A stretch of 64,000 nt of DNA from contig CATNEN010000039.1 of the NCBI GenBank assembly GCA_950097015.1, positions 19,964,001 to 20,028,000 on the forward strand. The letters run 5' to 3'. A program made the translations under genes and the position numbers. The notes below the pieces were generated by a model. That model did not search any database and was not told where the DNA came from. It was given only the letters and a program-made list of their open reading frames with translations. Within the stretch, counting starts at the first letter, position 1, and the number at the start of each line of letters is the position of its first letter. Below, in pieces: positions 36,365 through 47,113 of the stretch. This stretch comes from Macrostomum hystrix (lineage: Eukaryota; Animalia; Platyhelminthes).

Positions 36365-39300
36365 ATGGGCAATGATGTATCAGTCAGTGCATCGGATTTT
36401 GCTTCTAGTGAAGTTCGAACTTCAAAGTTCGGGTTTTATTCAGTAGATTACTCTATATTTCAAGTATCAGAATCTAATCAAAAGTTTGTTAAGTCTTCCC
36501 ATTTGAATTCGTCACTAGTATGTTTTGGTTTAAAAAGTGAAGATGAAGCTGTATCTAGAGAATGTTTCAGAAATGCTCTGGTAAGTCTTTATCTAGGCCT
36601 AGCTGTATTGGCTAGCTATCTGTCAAATGTGTTTAAGCTACTACATGCCTATTTTCTATCTACTTTTCTTAGTGGCTTGTGGAATAGTCAGTAGGTATTA
36701 ATGTATAAGGACCAAGAGGTTGTAGCCTAGTGGTTAGGGCGTCAGACTCATGACTTGAAGGTTGGGGGTTCAATTCCCATCTCCACTTAAACAATTTGTG
36801 TCCTTTAGCAAGACACTTAACTCTGCATTGCTTCAGTTCACCCAGCTGTTAAATGGGTACAAGCATTAGCTGGGATAATTGAAGGTGGGTGTGGCGTCCC
36901 CCTAGTCCATGGACTGAACAGCTGTACGCAGCCTTTAGATGCGCTGCGCAATAGCTGCGGCTGTGCTGTCGGCTGCACATCTGACCCGATTAGCGCAGGT
37001 GTAATCAATTATTATTAATTAATTATTATTATTATAAGGAGTCATATCATTACTTTTATATATAATAACTATGCTATAGCTAATTTAGTTGGGCCCTAGC
37101 CAATAGCTATAGTTGTTTTTGTCTAGGCCTAAATGCTGCTAAATAAGGGGAAAGGTATTAACTATGCTAGTCATATTTCTATTTAGTAGCATACTTTAGT
37201 TAATGCTCCAGGCTATAATCCATAGTCCAGATCATCGATCATGTAGTGCATGCCGGAATTTTTGGGTGTGCATTTGTTTTCAGCTGGCGTGTATGGCATG
37301 CATTGGTATATATTTTAAGGGTTGGCGTACACTTTGGCGTGCATGGCAATCGTCTAGTGTGCAATTGTACATTGCATTTAAAAAGAGATCAAATGTGTTT
37401 CATGTATCTGTATGTACAATGACAAATATCAACCAATTATTTACTGGACTGCATGACTAAAACAAAAGTTTCTGTTATCTGTGAAAATATGTTTAAGCTT
37501 TGTAAATTGGACTATAAATACTATCAATAAATAAATTGTTCTGTTTGATATTGCTTTTGGTTAAATATGAAAATGGAAGCCAGTTTGTCTCTTTAAAGCA
37601 AAAAAATGGTTACTTATTGTTTATACAAATTATATGATGTACCATGTGGCATACACAGGCAGGCAATTTGAAAAAAACTCTGCATCCTTGGCATGTGAAC
37701 AATTTTTTTCACAATTTTTCTTCTGGCGTATAGTCAAAATGATCTGGACTATGGGCTATAATAAATATTACACTTTTTTATGATGTTAATTGAAAGATTA
37801 ATTGAATACTTAAATAACATTTTTTTCTTTTTTCTTGTTAGAACAAAGAGGCAGTACAAACATGAAAATGTAGACTCTGAATTGATTAATTCCAACATTT
37901 TTCAGTTTATTTATTAACAAAGCAATAAAACAGGAAATTAGAAGACAAAAAATGAAAATAATTACAATTGAGCATCAGCAACACCCTCCCAGGCTGAGAG
38001 GAAAGCTATATTAAAACTATGTAGCCAGCAATTCCCAAAAACAGAATCAGAATAGCTAAACACTTCTCTAGTGGACTTGTAACCAAAAGAATAAAAAAAT
38101 TGCTTAGTTCTAAATGGCAGTTATATTCATTATATAATTATACTACTAATTAAACTATAGCAACATAGATACATTTTTATGTTAAACAAAATGTCACTGA
38201 AATGTATCTAATCGGTAACTAGTAAGTATGAGCTAATAATATCTTAGCATGTATTAGCTAGTATAAGTAGGCGTATATGCTATTAAATCATCAAACATTC
38301 TTAAGCATCATGTAATGTAGATGTAGTATCAAGTATATATATATACAAAAGCTCTATATTTTAGATAGGGAATGGCCTGTTTATGAATATATTTAAGGTG
38401 TGAACATGCTTGCTGATAACTAATGTTATTATTGTTTGCCTTATTGTAGAATTATTTATTAATGATGAGTGTGCAATACTCATGTGTGTTTTGGTTTATC
38501 TAATTTTCAACTCTTTGTTGCTTAAAATACATTTAGGTACTGAAATCTGTGCGACATCCTTCAATACTGAAGTTCTTGGATGCCATTCAGCAGCCTTGGC
38601 TAGCCGGTATCATAACCGAATTGGTGTCACCATTAGATGATTGCCTTCCGGAACTATATCCAGACGAGGCTGTACAAGGCTTTCACAGTATCTGCTCAGC
38701 GTTGGCTTTTTTGCATACCAAGGTTTGGGATTAATAGCCTATTGTATATTATATTAAAGACCTATTCAATAACATTTTTATCTAACTTTAAGTGATTTTT
38801 TTTTGTTACTTTAGGCACAATTGTCGCATAATAATGTACAACAAAGCAGCATCTATTGTACCAGTCAGGGCCATTGGAAATTGGCAAATTTCGAGCTTTG
38901 TCGGCCGTTTAGTCAAATGTCGTTGGAAGCTCTGAAGACAGTTCAAAAACTGCTTGGCGATGAACACGCGGTTGAAAATGAAGAGGTCTGTGATTTTTGT
39001 TGAGTAGGTTTAACAATGCCGACTTGGAATGTTGAGTAGGTTTATATACTCATATATACAAGTACTTGAGTAGGTGAGATTCGAAAATACACTCGTACAT
39101 ACTCAGAATTTTTATTAGATTCGTAAACTATTTTAAAATGAGGTTGCCCAGAATATGTTTTGTCGCCAATAAGTGTGGTATTAGTAATTTGGATAATTTA
39201 CTTAATAACAACAAATAATCTCACTACCCTACTTACAGTAGAGCATTTGAAATGAACTCACTATTTCATATCTGAATCGTGTAATCACTGGTGGCTAAAT

Positions 39301-42300
39301 TATTCAGGCGTATCAGTTCAGTGCGGATAGGCGCGATTCTTTCGATCTCTACTGCTTGGGTCGAACCATTCTAAGTGTCTGCGATTTCATCGACTCCTCG
39401 GTTACAATGTCTAAACAATCTAGTTCGGGCACTGTTGACCAACAGAGGCGTCATCTAGATCAGCTGCGCAATCTGGCTAAGAACAGCCTCTGCGCCGCCT
39501 CGCCCGCCGGCCGCAGTCCGGCCAGACGATTGCAACGACACGCTGCCTTTGTTAGCCACGGCTTCACCCAGTTGACCGAGTTTTTGGCCGATTTCTCTTT
39601 GAAAAGCGAAGACGAGCTTAGACAATTCTTTTTTGGATTGAAGACTAGATTGTTTGAACTGCCCGAAGGACTAGTGGCCAGGTAAATTTTGCATCGATTT
39701 CTTAACAGCCTACTTCACGAATCACGATAGCTCCCAAACCGTAAGACTGATTTTTCGTAAAAATCCACAATATGGATCAAAATTTTCGTATCGTCGTATC
39801 GTATTATCGTATCGTCTCAGGCGCCTCAGTCGACTGCTGCTAGGCCGGCTGCCCCTGACGCACCCCATGGCTTCAACCTACCTGCTGCCTTACCTGCTGC
39901 GACCGTATCGAGGTCCGACTAGGCCTCCGGACAGCGACTGCCTACTAAGCGAGGCCGAGTTTCGACGCGAACTAGTGCCCTACCTGGCCATGGTGCTGAG
40001 AATAAGAGATTTGCCGGTGCGCTGCGCACTGTTGGATCATTTCCCAGCTTATTGCCACCTCATGGACTGGAGGCGGGACGGGTGAGGCCGCTTTTGCTGA
40101 TCTAATTATAAGGATATCAGACAGGGTAGAGATGAGACAGGGGTGAGATAAGACGGGGGAGACATGAGACATGGAAGAGATAAGACATGGAATAGATGAG
40201 ACAGGGGTGAGATAAGACAGGGGAGAGATGAGACAGGGCAGAGATGAGACAGGGGTGAGATAAGACAGGGTGGAGATGAGACAGGGGAGACATGAGACAT
40301 GGAATAGATGAGACAGGGGTGAGATAAGACAGGGGAGAGATGAGACAGGGCAGAGATGAGACACAGGAGAGATGAGACAGGGAGAGATGAGACGGGTGAG
40401 ATGACACAGAATATAGATGCAACAGGATAGAAATAGGACAAGGTAAAGAATTCAAATTTTCCTATACATTTGGTATTGATTTTAGAACGGGACAAATATT
40501 ATTTTCGAAGTCTCAAAATTGACCATCTTCGATGTAAATTAGGTGCAAAGGTTGGGAAAATAGTTGTGTAGCCAATTGGCTTGAAATTCATGCTTCTGAT
40601 CTAGAGGTCCGGAGTTCGAATCCACTAGTGGGTGTTTCAATCCTAGTCCCTTGTCCACGGACTATACAGTCGTCAAAGTTTCGGCAATCGCCCTTTTAAT
40701 CCGCAGAGCTCACCGCTCGCTGATACCGGAGCTGCTCATTGGGCTGCGCGACAAGCACGATCAGCTGGTGGCCCGCAGCCACCTGGCCGTGGCAGCGCTC
40801 GTCCCCCTGGCCGGCTATGCCGCGCTATTCGGCGACAAAGCCGACGCTGCTCGTCAGTCGCTGTTCACCGACGCGCAACCGCGTAGGCGACTGCTCGGCG
40901 TGGCGCCGACTATGGAATCCGGCGACAAATCTGCTAATGCCGACGGCGATGGCGGCTACGTCTACGGCGCTGATTCGGCCAGAGCGGCGCCTTTGTTGCT
41001 GCGCGACCTGGCCGTGCTCAGCGATCGCTACAAGGGACCAGAGGAGGCCGCAGCTGCAGAGTTTCAACGACAGGCGGCTATGGTGGAGGCCGAGTCTGCC
41101 AGGATCATTGCTGACAGACGGCGAGGGTGAGCCAGCGGTGTTTCGGGTGTGGTGTTCACGTAATTTGGGTGTGGGGTTTTCGTAATTTCGGTGTGTGATT
41201 TGGTAATTTCGGTGTGGTTTTTGGTGATCTGAGTGTGGTGTTTGGTAATTTGGGTGTGGGGTTTGGTGATTTGGGTGTGGGATTTGGTAATTTCGGTGTT
41301 GGGTTTGGTGATTTGGGTGTGGGATTTGGTAATTTGGGTGTGGTATTTGGTGATCTGAGTGTGGTGTTTGGTAATTTGGGTGTGGGGTTTGGTGATTTGG
41401 GTGTGGGATTTGGTAATTTCGGTGTTGGGTTTGGTGATTTGGGTGTGGGATTTGGTAATTTCGGTGTGGTTTTTGGTGATCTGAGTGTGGTGTTTGGTAA
41501 TTTGGGTGTGGGGTTTGGTGATTTGGGTGTGGGATTTGGTAATTTCGGTGTTGGGTTTGGTGATTTGGGTGTGGGATTTGGTAATTTGGGTGTGGTATTT
41601 GATGATTTGGGTGTGGGGTTTTGGTAATTTGGGTGTGGTATTTTGTAATTTGGGTGTGGTGTTTGATGATTTGGGTGTGGGGTTTGATGATTTGGGTGTG
41701 GGGTTTGGTGATTTGGGTGTGGGATTTGGTAATTTCGGTGTTGGGTTTGGTGATTTGGGTGTGGGATTTGGTAATTTCGGTGTGGTTTTTGGTGATCTGA
41801 GTGTGGTGTTTGGTAATTTGGGTGTGGGGTTTGGTGATTTGGGTGTGGGATTTGGTAATTTCGGTGTTGGGTTTGGTGATTTGGGTGTGGGATTTGGTAA
41901 TTTGGGTGTGGTATTTGATGATTTGGGTGTGGGGTTTTGGTAATTTGGGTGTGGTATTTTGTAATTTGGGTGTGGTGTTTGATGATTTGGGTGTGGGGTT
42001 TGATGATTTGGGTGTGGGGTTTGATGATTTGGGTGTGGGGTTTGATGATTTGGGTGTGGGGTTTGGTGATTTGGGTGTGGGGTTTGGTGATTTGGGTGTG
42101 GGGTTTGGTGATTTGGGTGTGGGGTTTGGTGATTTGGGTGTGGGGTTTGATTTTTCAAGAGCGAGGATTTAATTTTTGTGTACTATGCGTTTGTTTTCCC
42201 ATTTTTATGGGAAAATGCATTTCCCATATGCATTTTTATCCTACCCATTCCAGAAAAGCTAAACCATCAGAGGACGAAAATTCTCGTTGCCTAGCGACCG

Positions 42301-44224
42301 TTGCCGAGGAAGCGTTGGCCTCTGAAGCTTCGGCTTCGGCCTCCCAAATGGATGAAAACGAGGACAGAAACAGTTGGGGCGACGACTGGGAAGATAATGA
42401 TTTAGAATACCACCTTGTGAACAGTGCTGACGCCGGCGCGGCTGTTGACCCAACGGTTGATAGACTGAGTGTAGTATCTGAAGTAGAGGTTCAACAGCAG
42501 CAGCAGCCGCGGGTCATAAAGGTAGATATGGCTAAACACAAATACTAGTTAGCTAGTATGGACTCCAATCCCTTTTTTAAATCACCTTTTAATCCTTATT
42601 AAAATCATTTTCCAATACATATTGAAATCCCTTTATAATCCGTAGAGAAATCCCCATCCAGCCCAACTAAACATGTCCGCCCAATCCCTTTATAAATCCA
42701 CTTCCAATCTATCTAAAAATCCCCTTTTAATCCATCTAAAAATCCCCTTTTAATCCATCTAGAAATCCCCTTTTAATCCATCTAGAAATCCCCATCCAAC
42801 CAATCTAGGAATCCCCTTTCAATACATCTTGAAATCCCCTACTAGCCCATCTAGAAATCCCCTTTCAATCCATCTAGAAATCCCCTACCAGCCCATCTAG
42901 AAATTCCCTTTTAATCCATCTAGAATTCCCCATCCAACCAATCTAGAAATCCCCTTTTAATCCATCTAGAAATCCCCTATCCAGCCCATCTAGGAATCCC
43001 CTTTCAATACATCTAGAAATCCCCTTTTAATCCATCTAGAAATCCCCTATCCAGCCCATCTAGAAATCCCCTTTTAATACATCTAGAAATCCCCTTTTAA
43101 TCCATCTAGAAATCCCCTATCCAGCCCATCTAGGAATCCCCTTTCAATACATCTAGAAATCCCCTTTTAATCCATCTAGAAATCCCCTATCCAGCCCATC
43201 TAGAAATCCCCTTTTAATACATCTAGAAATCCCCTTTTAATCCATCTAGAAATCCCCTATCCAGCCCATCTAGAAATCCCCTTTCAATACATCTAGAAAT
43301 CCCCTTTTAATCCATCTAGAAATCCCCTATCCAGCCCATCTAGAAATCCCCTTTCAATCCATCTAGAAATCCCCATCCAACCAATCTAGGAATCCCCTTT
43401 CAATACATCTAGAAATCCCCTTTTAATCCATCTAGAAATCCCCTATCCAGCCCATCTAGGAATCCCCTTTCAATACATCTAGAAATCCCCTTTTAATCCA
43501 TCTAGAAATCCCCTATCCAGCCCATCTAGAAATCCCCTTTCAATACATCTAGAAATCCCCTTTTAATCCATCTAGAAATCCCCTATCCAGCCCATCTAGA
43601 AATCCCCTTTCAATACATCTAGAAATCCCCTTTTAATCCATCTAGAAATCCCCTATCCAGCCCATCTAGAAATCCCCTTTCAATCCATCTAGAAATCCCC
43701 ATCCAACCAATCTAGGAATCCCCTTTCAATACATCTAGAAATCCCCTTTTAATCCATCTAGAAATCCCCTATCCAGCCCATCTAGGAATCCCCTTTCAAT
43801 ACATCTAGAAATCCCCTTTTAATCCATCTAGAAATCCCCTATCCAGCCCATCTAGAAATCCCCTTTCAATCCATCTAGAAATCCCCATCCAACCAATCTA
43901 GGAATCCCCTTTCAATACATCTAGAAATCCCCCTTTAATCCATCTAGAAATCCCCAATCCAGCCCATCTAGGAATCCCCTTTCAATACATCTAGAAATCC
44001 CCTACCAGCCCATCTAGAAATCCCCTTTCAATCCATCTAGAAATTCCCTTTCAATCTATCTTTAAATCCCTCTTCAATACATAAAAAATCCCCTTCTAAT
44101 ATTTTTGTAACTACCCTTCTAATCCATTTCAAAATCATTTACAATACATCTTGAAATCCTGTCTTATCCATATCTTTAAAAAAGAAATTATCCCTCTAAT
44201 GGCCCATTAAAAAATCCCCCTTTA

Positions 44225-44267
<43 letters not shown>

Positions 44268-44609
44268 TATTCTACAATCGGTGGCTTGACAGTCGAGGCG
44301 CTGACAATCAAACCAGTCCTGACGGCCGCCGGTCGACAAATCGACGAATTTCTGGCCGAATTAGAGCCCTGCATTCCGTCATCTGTGGCGTCTTCGGTTG
44401 CCATGGTAACTAAAACTGCAGCAGTCGCAGTCGCTGCCGCAGCTCCAAGTTCCAGCTCGTTGGCTGTCAGCATAGACGTCGGCGACGATAATAACGACGA
44501 AGGCGAGGACGCCTGGGGACTCGGCGATGTAGACGACGATGCGACTGATGCTGAGGCCGTCGTCGGTACACCAGCTCTCAATGGCGGCGCAACTGACGAC
44601 CAGCGATAA
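36365..44609 (+). CDS. SCYL3: SCY1-like pseudokinase 3 (PACE-1)
   Basis: Exons 36365-36580, 38537-38722, 38815-38985, 39308-39681, 39821-40081, 40707-41126, 42254-42521 and 44229-44609. MG start; LKSVRHPSILKF; LAFLH...HNNV...GHWKL pseudokinase motifs; HEAT region LIPELLIGLRD; acidic tail with WGDDW / AWG motifs. Confidence 0.9.
36712..37032 (+). mobile_element. tRNA-derived SINE family A, full length
   Basis: A box TAGCCTAGTGG, B box GGTTCAATTCC, central GTTCACCCAGCTGTTAAATGGGTAC, (ATT)n tail, TSD TATAAGGA at 36704-36711 / 37033-37040. Second copy at 50561-50865. Confidence 0.9.
40118..40410. repeat. Purine-rich composite minisatellite (GAGATGAGACAGGGG...)
   Basis: Tandem degenerate ~15-17 bp units in SCYL3 intron 5. 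Confidence 0.85.
40565..40632 (+). mobile_element. tRNA-like SINE head fragment
   Basis: A box TAGCCAATTGG and B box GTTCGAATCC at tRNA-like spacing; no intact cloverleaf. Confidence 0.5.
41140..42150. repeat. 21-bp GT-rich minisatellite GATTTGGGTGTGGGGTTTGGT, ~48 copies
   Basis: Fills SCYL3 intron 6, starting just after the donor. Confidence 0.96.
42690..44100. repeat. ~22-bp minisatellite CATCTAGAAATCCCC(N7) arranged as ~67-bp trimeric higher-order repeats
   Basis: Three variants (TTTCAATA, TTTTAATC, TATCCAGCC) alternate in order. Confidence 0.95.
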
Positions 44610-44829
44610 ATATTCCCACGTTTCACTTACTTATGTTATGGTTCTAAATAGTTGTTAGCATTCCATTGCTTTTGTAACAGTTAAAAATTTGCTGATGTAA
44701 CATTAATATTTATCTATTTATTTGCTTTCATTTTGATTCTTTCGATTCCCGCCTCGTTATCTTCCCCTGATTAATAATGATATTCAATTCAAAAGTATTA
44801 AAAAACTCGCTCAATTGCCTTTACCCAAT

Positions 44830-45335
44830 CACTTCGCCCCCTCGCCCTTTTACCTCGCCCTCTGGCCCTCACCCTAAGCCTCAAGCATCGCCCTTTCACC
44901 TCGCCTTTTCACCTCACCCTCTCGCCCTCGCCCTAAGCCTCAAGCCTGGCCCTTTCACCTCGCCTTCGTACCTCATCCTCTCGCCCTCGCCCTAAGACTC
45001 ACGCCTCGCCCTTTCACATCGACCTCTCGCCCTCACCCTAAGCCTCAAGACTGGCCCTTTCACCTCGCCTTCTCACCTCACCCTCTCGCCCTCGCCCTAA
45101 GCCTCACGCCTCGCCCCATCGCTTTTCACCTTGCACTCTCGCCCTCTCGCCATTTCACATCGACCTCTCGCCCTCACCCTAAGCCTCAAGCCTCGCCCTT
45201 TCAACCCGCCTTCTCACCTCACCCTCTCGCCCTCGCCCTAAACCTCACGCCTCGCCCTTTCACCTCGCCCTCTCGCCCATTAATTTCACTCGTCGCCCTC
45301 TCACAACGCCTTTCTGTTTCTCGCCCTCTCCCTCC
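44830..45335. repeat. C-rich degenerate repeat (CCTCGCCC / CCTAAGCCTCA)
   Basis: Tandem degenerate units downstream of SCYL3. Confidence 0.8.
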
Positions 45336-46742
45336 TGTCTCGTCTTTCTTAATTAATTCTTGCATTGTCTGCCTTTAATAGAACAAAAAAATTGCCAAAT
45401 TTTCACTCGCTAACTCAATTTTTCTTTTGATTTAGATTAGTTTGCTCACTGCGCTATTCTGTTTGAGTAATTGTTTCGATGATGCTTCTAGTCAGATTCA
45501 TTAGTGACTTGTTATCTTTTAGTAAATAATACGTGTTTTTTGGTAAAACTGCTTCTACAGATCATTTGACCTTCTTATCGCCAATTTGGGTAAAATATGT
45601 TCCGTTAGTTCCACGTCTACTTAGTACTTCCTTAGTACTACTTAGTACATCTACTTCCATGCTTAAGATTGCTTCGTTCACTTTTGTTTTGTTTTTTAAT
45701 TGCTATATTATTGATTTATTTACTCGGTGGCTGGACCCTTAACAATTATAGCCTACTTCTATCCGGTTGACTTCGATGCAAATGATGTTTCGCCTTACTA
45801 TGATGCCTTACTAAATAATTCCTTTTTTATATTCTTCTGCCATCCTTTTCGACTTTTGATCACTAATTCCACTGATATCATTCTACTCTTTGCTTTAACC
45901 TTCTCATAGTTTTCTGTTACTCTCTACGTTAACCTCGCCGTAACCTCGCCTCGCCTTTTCCTTTCCCTGGCCTCTCCCTCGCCACTCACTCTCGCCTTGC
46001 CCTACCGTCTCCCTCGCCTCTACCTCGCCGCTCACTCTCGCCTCGCCCTACCGTCTTCCTCGCCTCTCGTGATTCCAGTTGGAATCTGCGGTGTTTCCAG
46101 AAAAAGAAACAGCCGAACGCTGGAAACATACCAATCGGATGATTCCATGCTTAGAATCTACCCAACTGGGCGTTTTCTCGGTGCTTCTTGGCGGCGAAAT
46201 GGAATCACCCAAAGAATCCTTCAGTTCGGATGATTCCATGCTCAGAAACCGCAGAGGAATCGCCCGTAAATAATTCTCTGGTTGTCCCATGGGCCACTGG
46301 TTCGGGTGATTCTTCGGCGGTTTCCTCACAATTTACGGTTACATCGGCTGCTTCCTGGGTGTTTCTTTAACTCTTGCGAGATAGGGGGGTTTTGGTAGAT
46401 TCCACTCCTATTTTGCACAAAAAACCCGCTGAAGAAGCAGCCGAATTTTTTACAGGGCACCTGTTCCTCGCCTCTTCCTCGCCTCTTCCTCGCCTCTTCC
46501 TCGCCTGTTCCTCGCCTTCCCTCGTCTCGCCTCTCCCTTGCCTTAGCCGTAACCAAATTTTTTCGTTTTGTCCTTTTTATTTCCTCCAGTCTGCGTTTTC
46601 GCAATCGCCATCTTCGACCCTTCCTTGGCCTTACATCTTATCAAGTCTTGTGATCGAAATGGGCATGATGATCTCTGTTTCAATTTACCTGCGCTATCTT
46701 ACCTATCTCTGTTTTAGTTCACAATGGGAAATCTTTGATCAT

Positions 46743-46925
46743 TGTCGTGCAATTTACGCCCTTGAGGGCCAACCTCCAAGCCACAGTGAGAGTGTACACT
46801 GGCCTGACGATGAGAAATTCAGGACAGATGTACACACCTGTGTGAGTGTGTGCCTGCGTTTAGTATCTGTGTACGTGTGTACACAGAGTTGCCTCCTCGC
46901 TGGCTGCAGGTCCAGTGTCACCATA
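46743..46925 (+). mobile_element. Internal fragment of SINE family B
   Basis: Aligns to the reverse complement of ~60680-60875, with an internal deletion. Confidence 0.75.
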
Positions 46926-47113
46926 TTCTTGGGCTCCTAATGGGATATATTTAATCGAATGTATGTTTATGATCTTTTTACTATTCATGTGTCTTATATT
47001 CTGGGCAATAATTTTCAGCTTTCCCACTGGCAGAGTCTAAAGCACCGCGATTTGAGGTTGGTGTAGCCACTACTTTAAGTAGACTCTAACAGTTTCACAT
47101 TTCTAGCGACAGC

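Noticed and set aside
36712-36790. Possible tRNA gene (also 40565, 50795-50865, 60008, 60920-60988)
   Set aside because: A and B boxes are present but no intact cloverleaf. The longer copies continue into SINE bodies with tails (one with a TSD); the short ones are head fragments.
41064-42172. TPHPNHQ / GDLGVGF ORFs and telomere-like GT repeat
   Set aside because: Intronic 21-bp minisatellite; not TTAGGG and not terminal.
46804-46817. CTGACGA...GAAA hammerhead-like core in SINE-B
   Set aside because: Only 3 nt lie between CUGANGA and GAAA, so there is no stem II; the sequence forms a simple hairpin loop.
46891-46904. GCCTCCTCGCTGGC, matching my recollection of the HDV ribozyme P3/L3, in SINE-B
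   Set aside because: No P1.1 GG, no J4/2 catalytic segment and no P2 3' strand downstream. The motif varies in other copies and fits an alternative hairpin.
45997-46940. Cluster of overlapping ORFs between SCYL3 and TLCD5
   Set aside because: Low-complexity CCTCG repeats plus a SINE fragment; no recognisable domain or splice structure.
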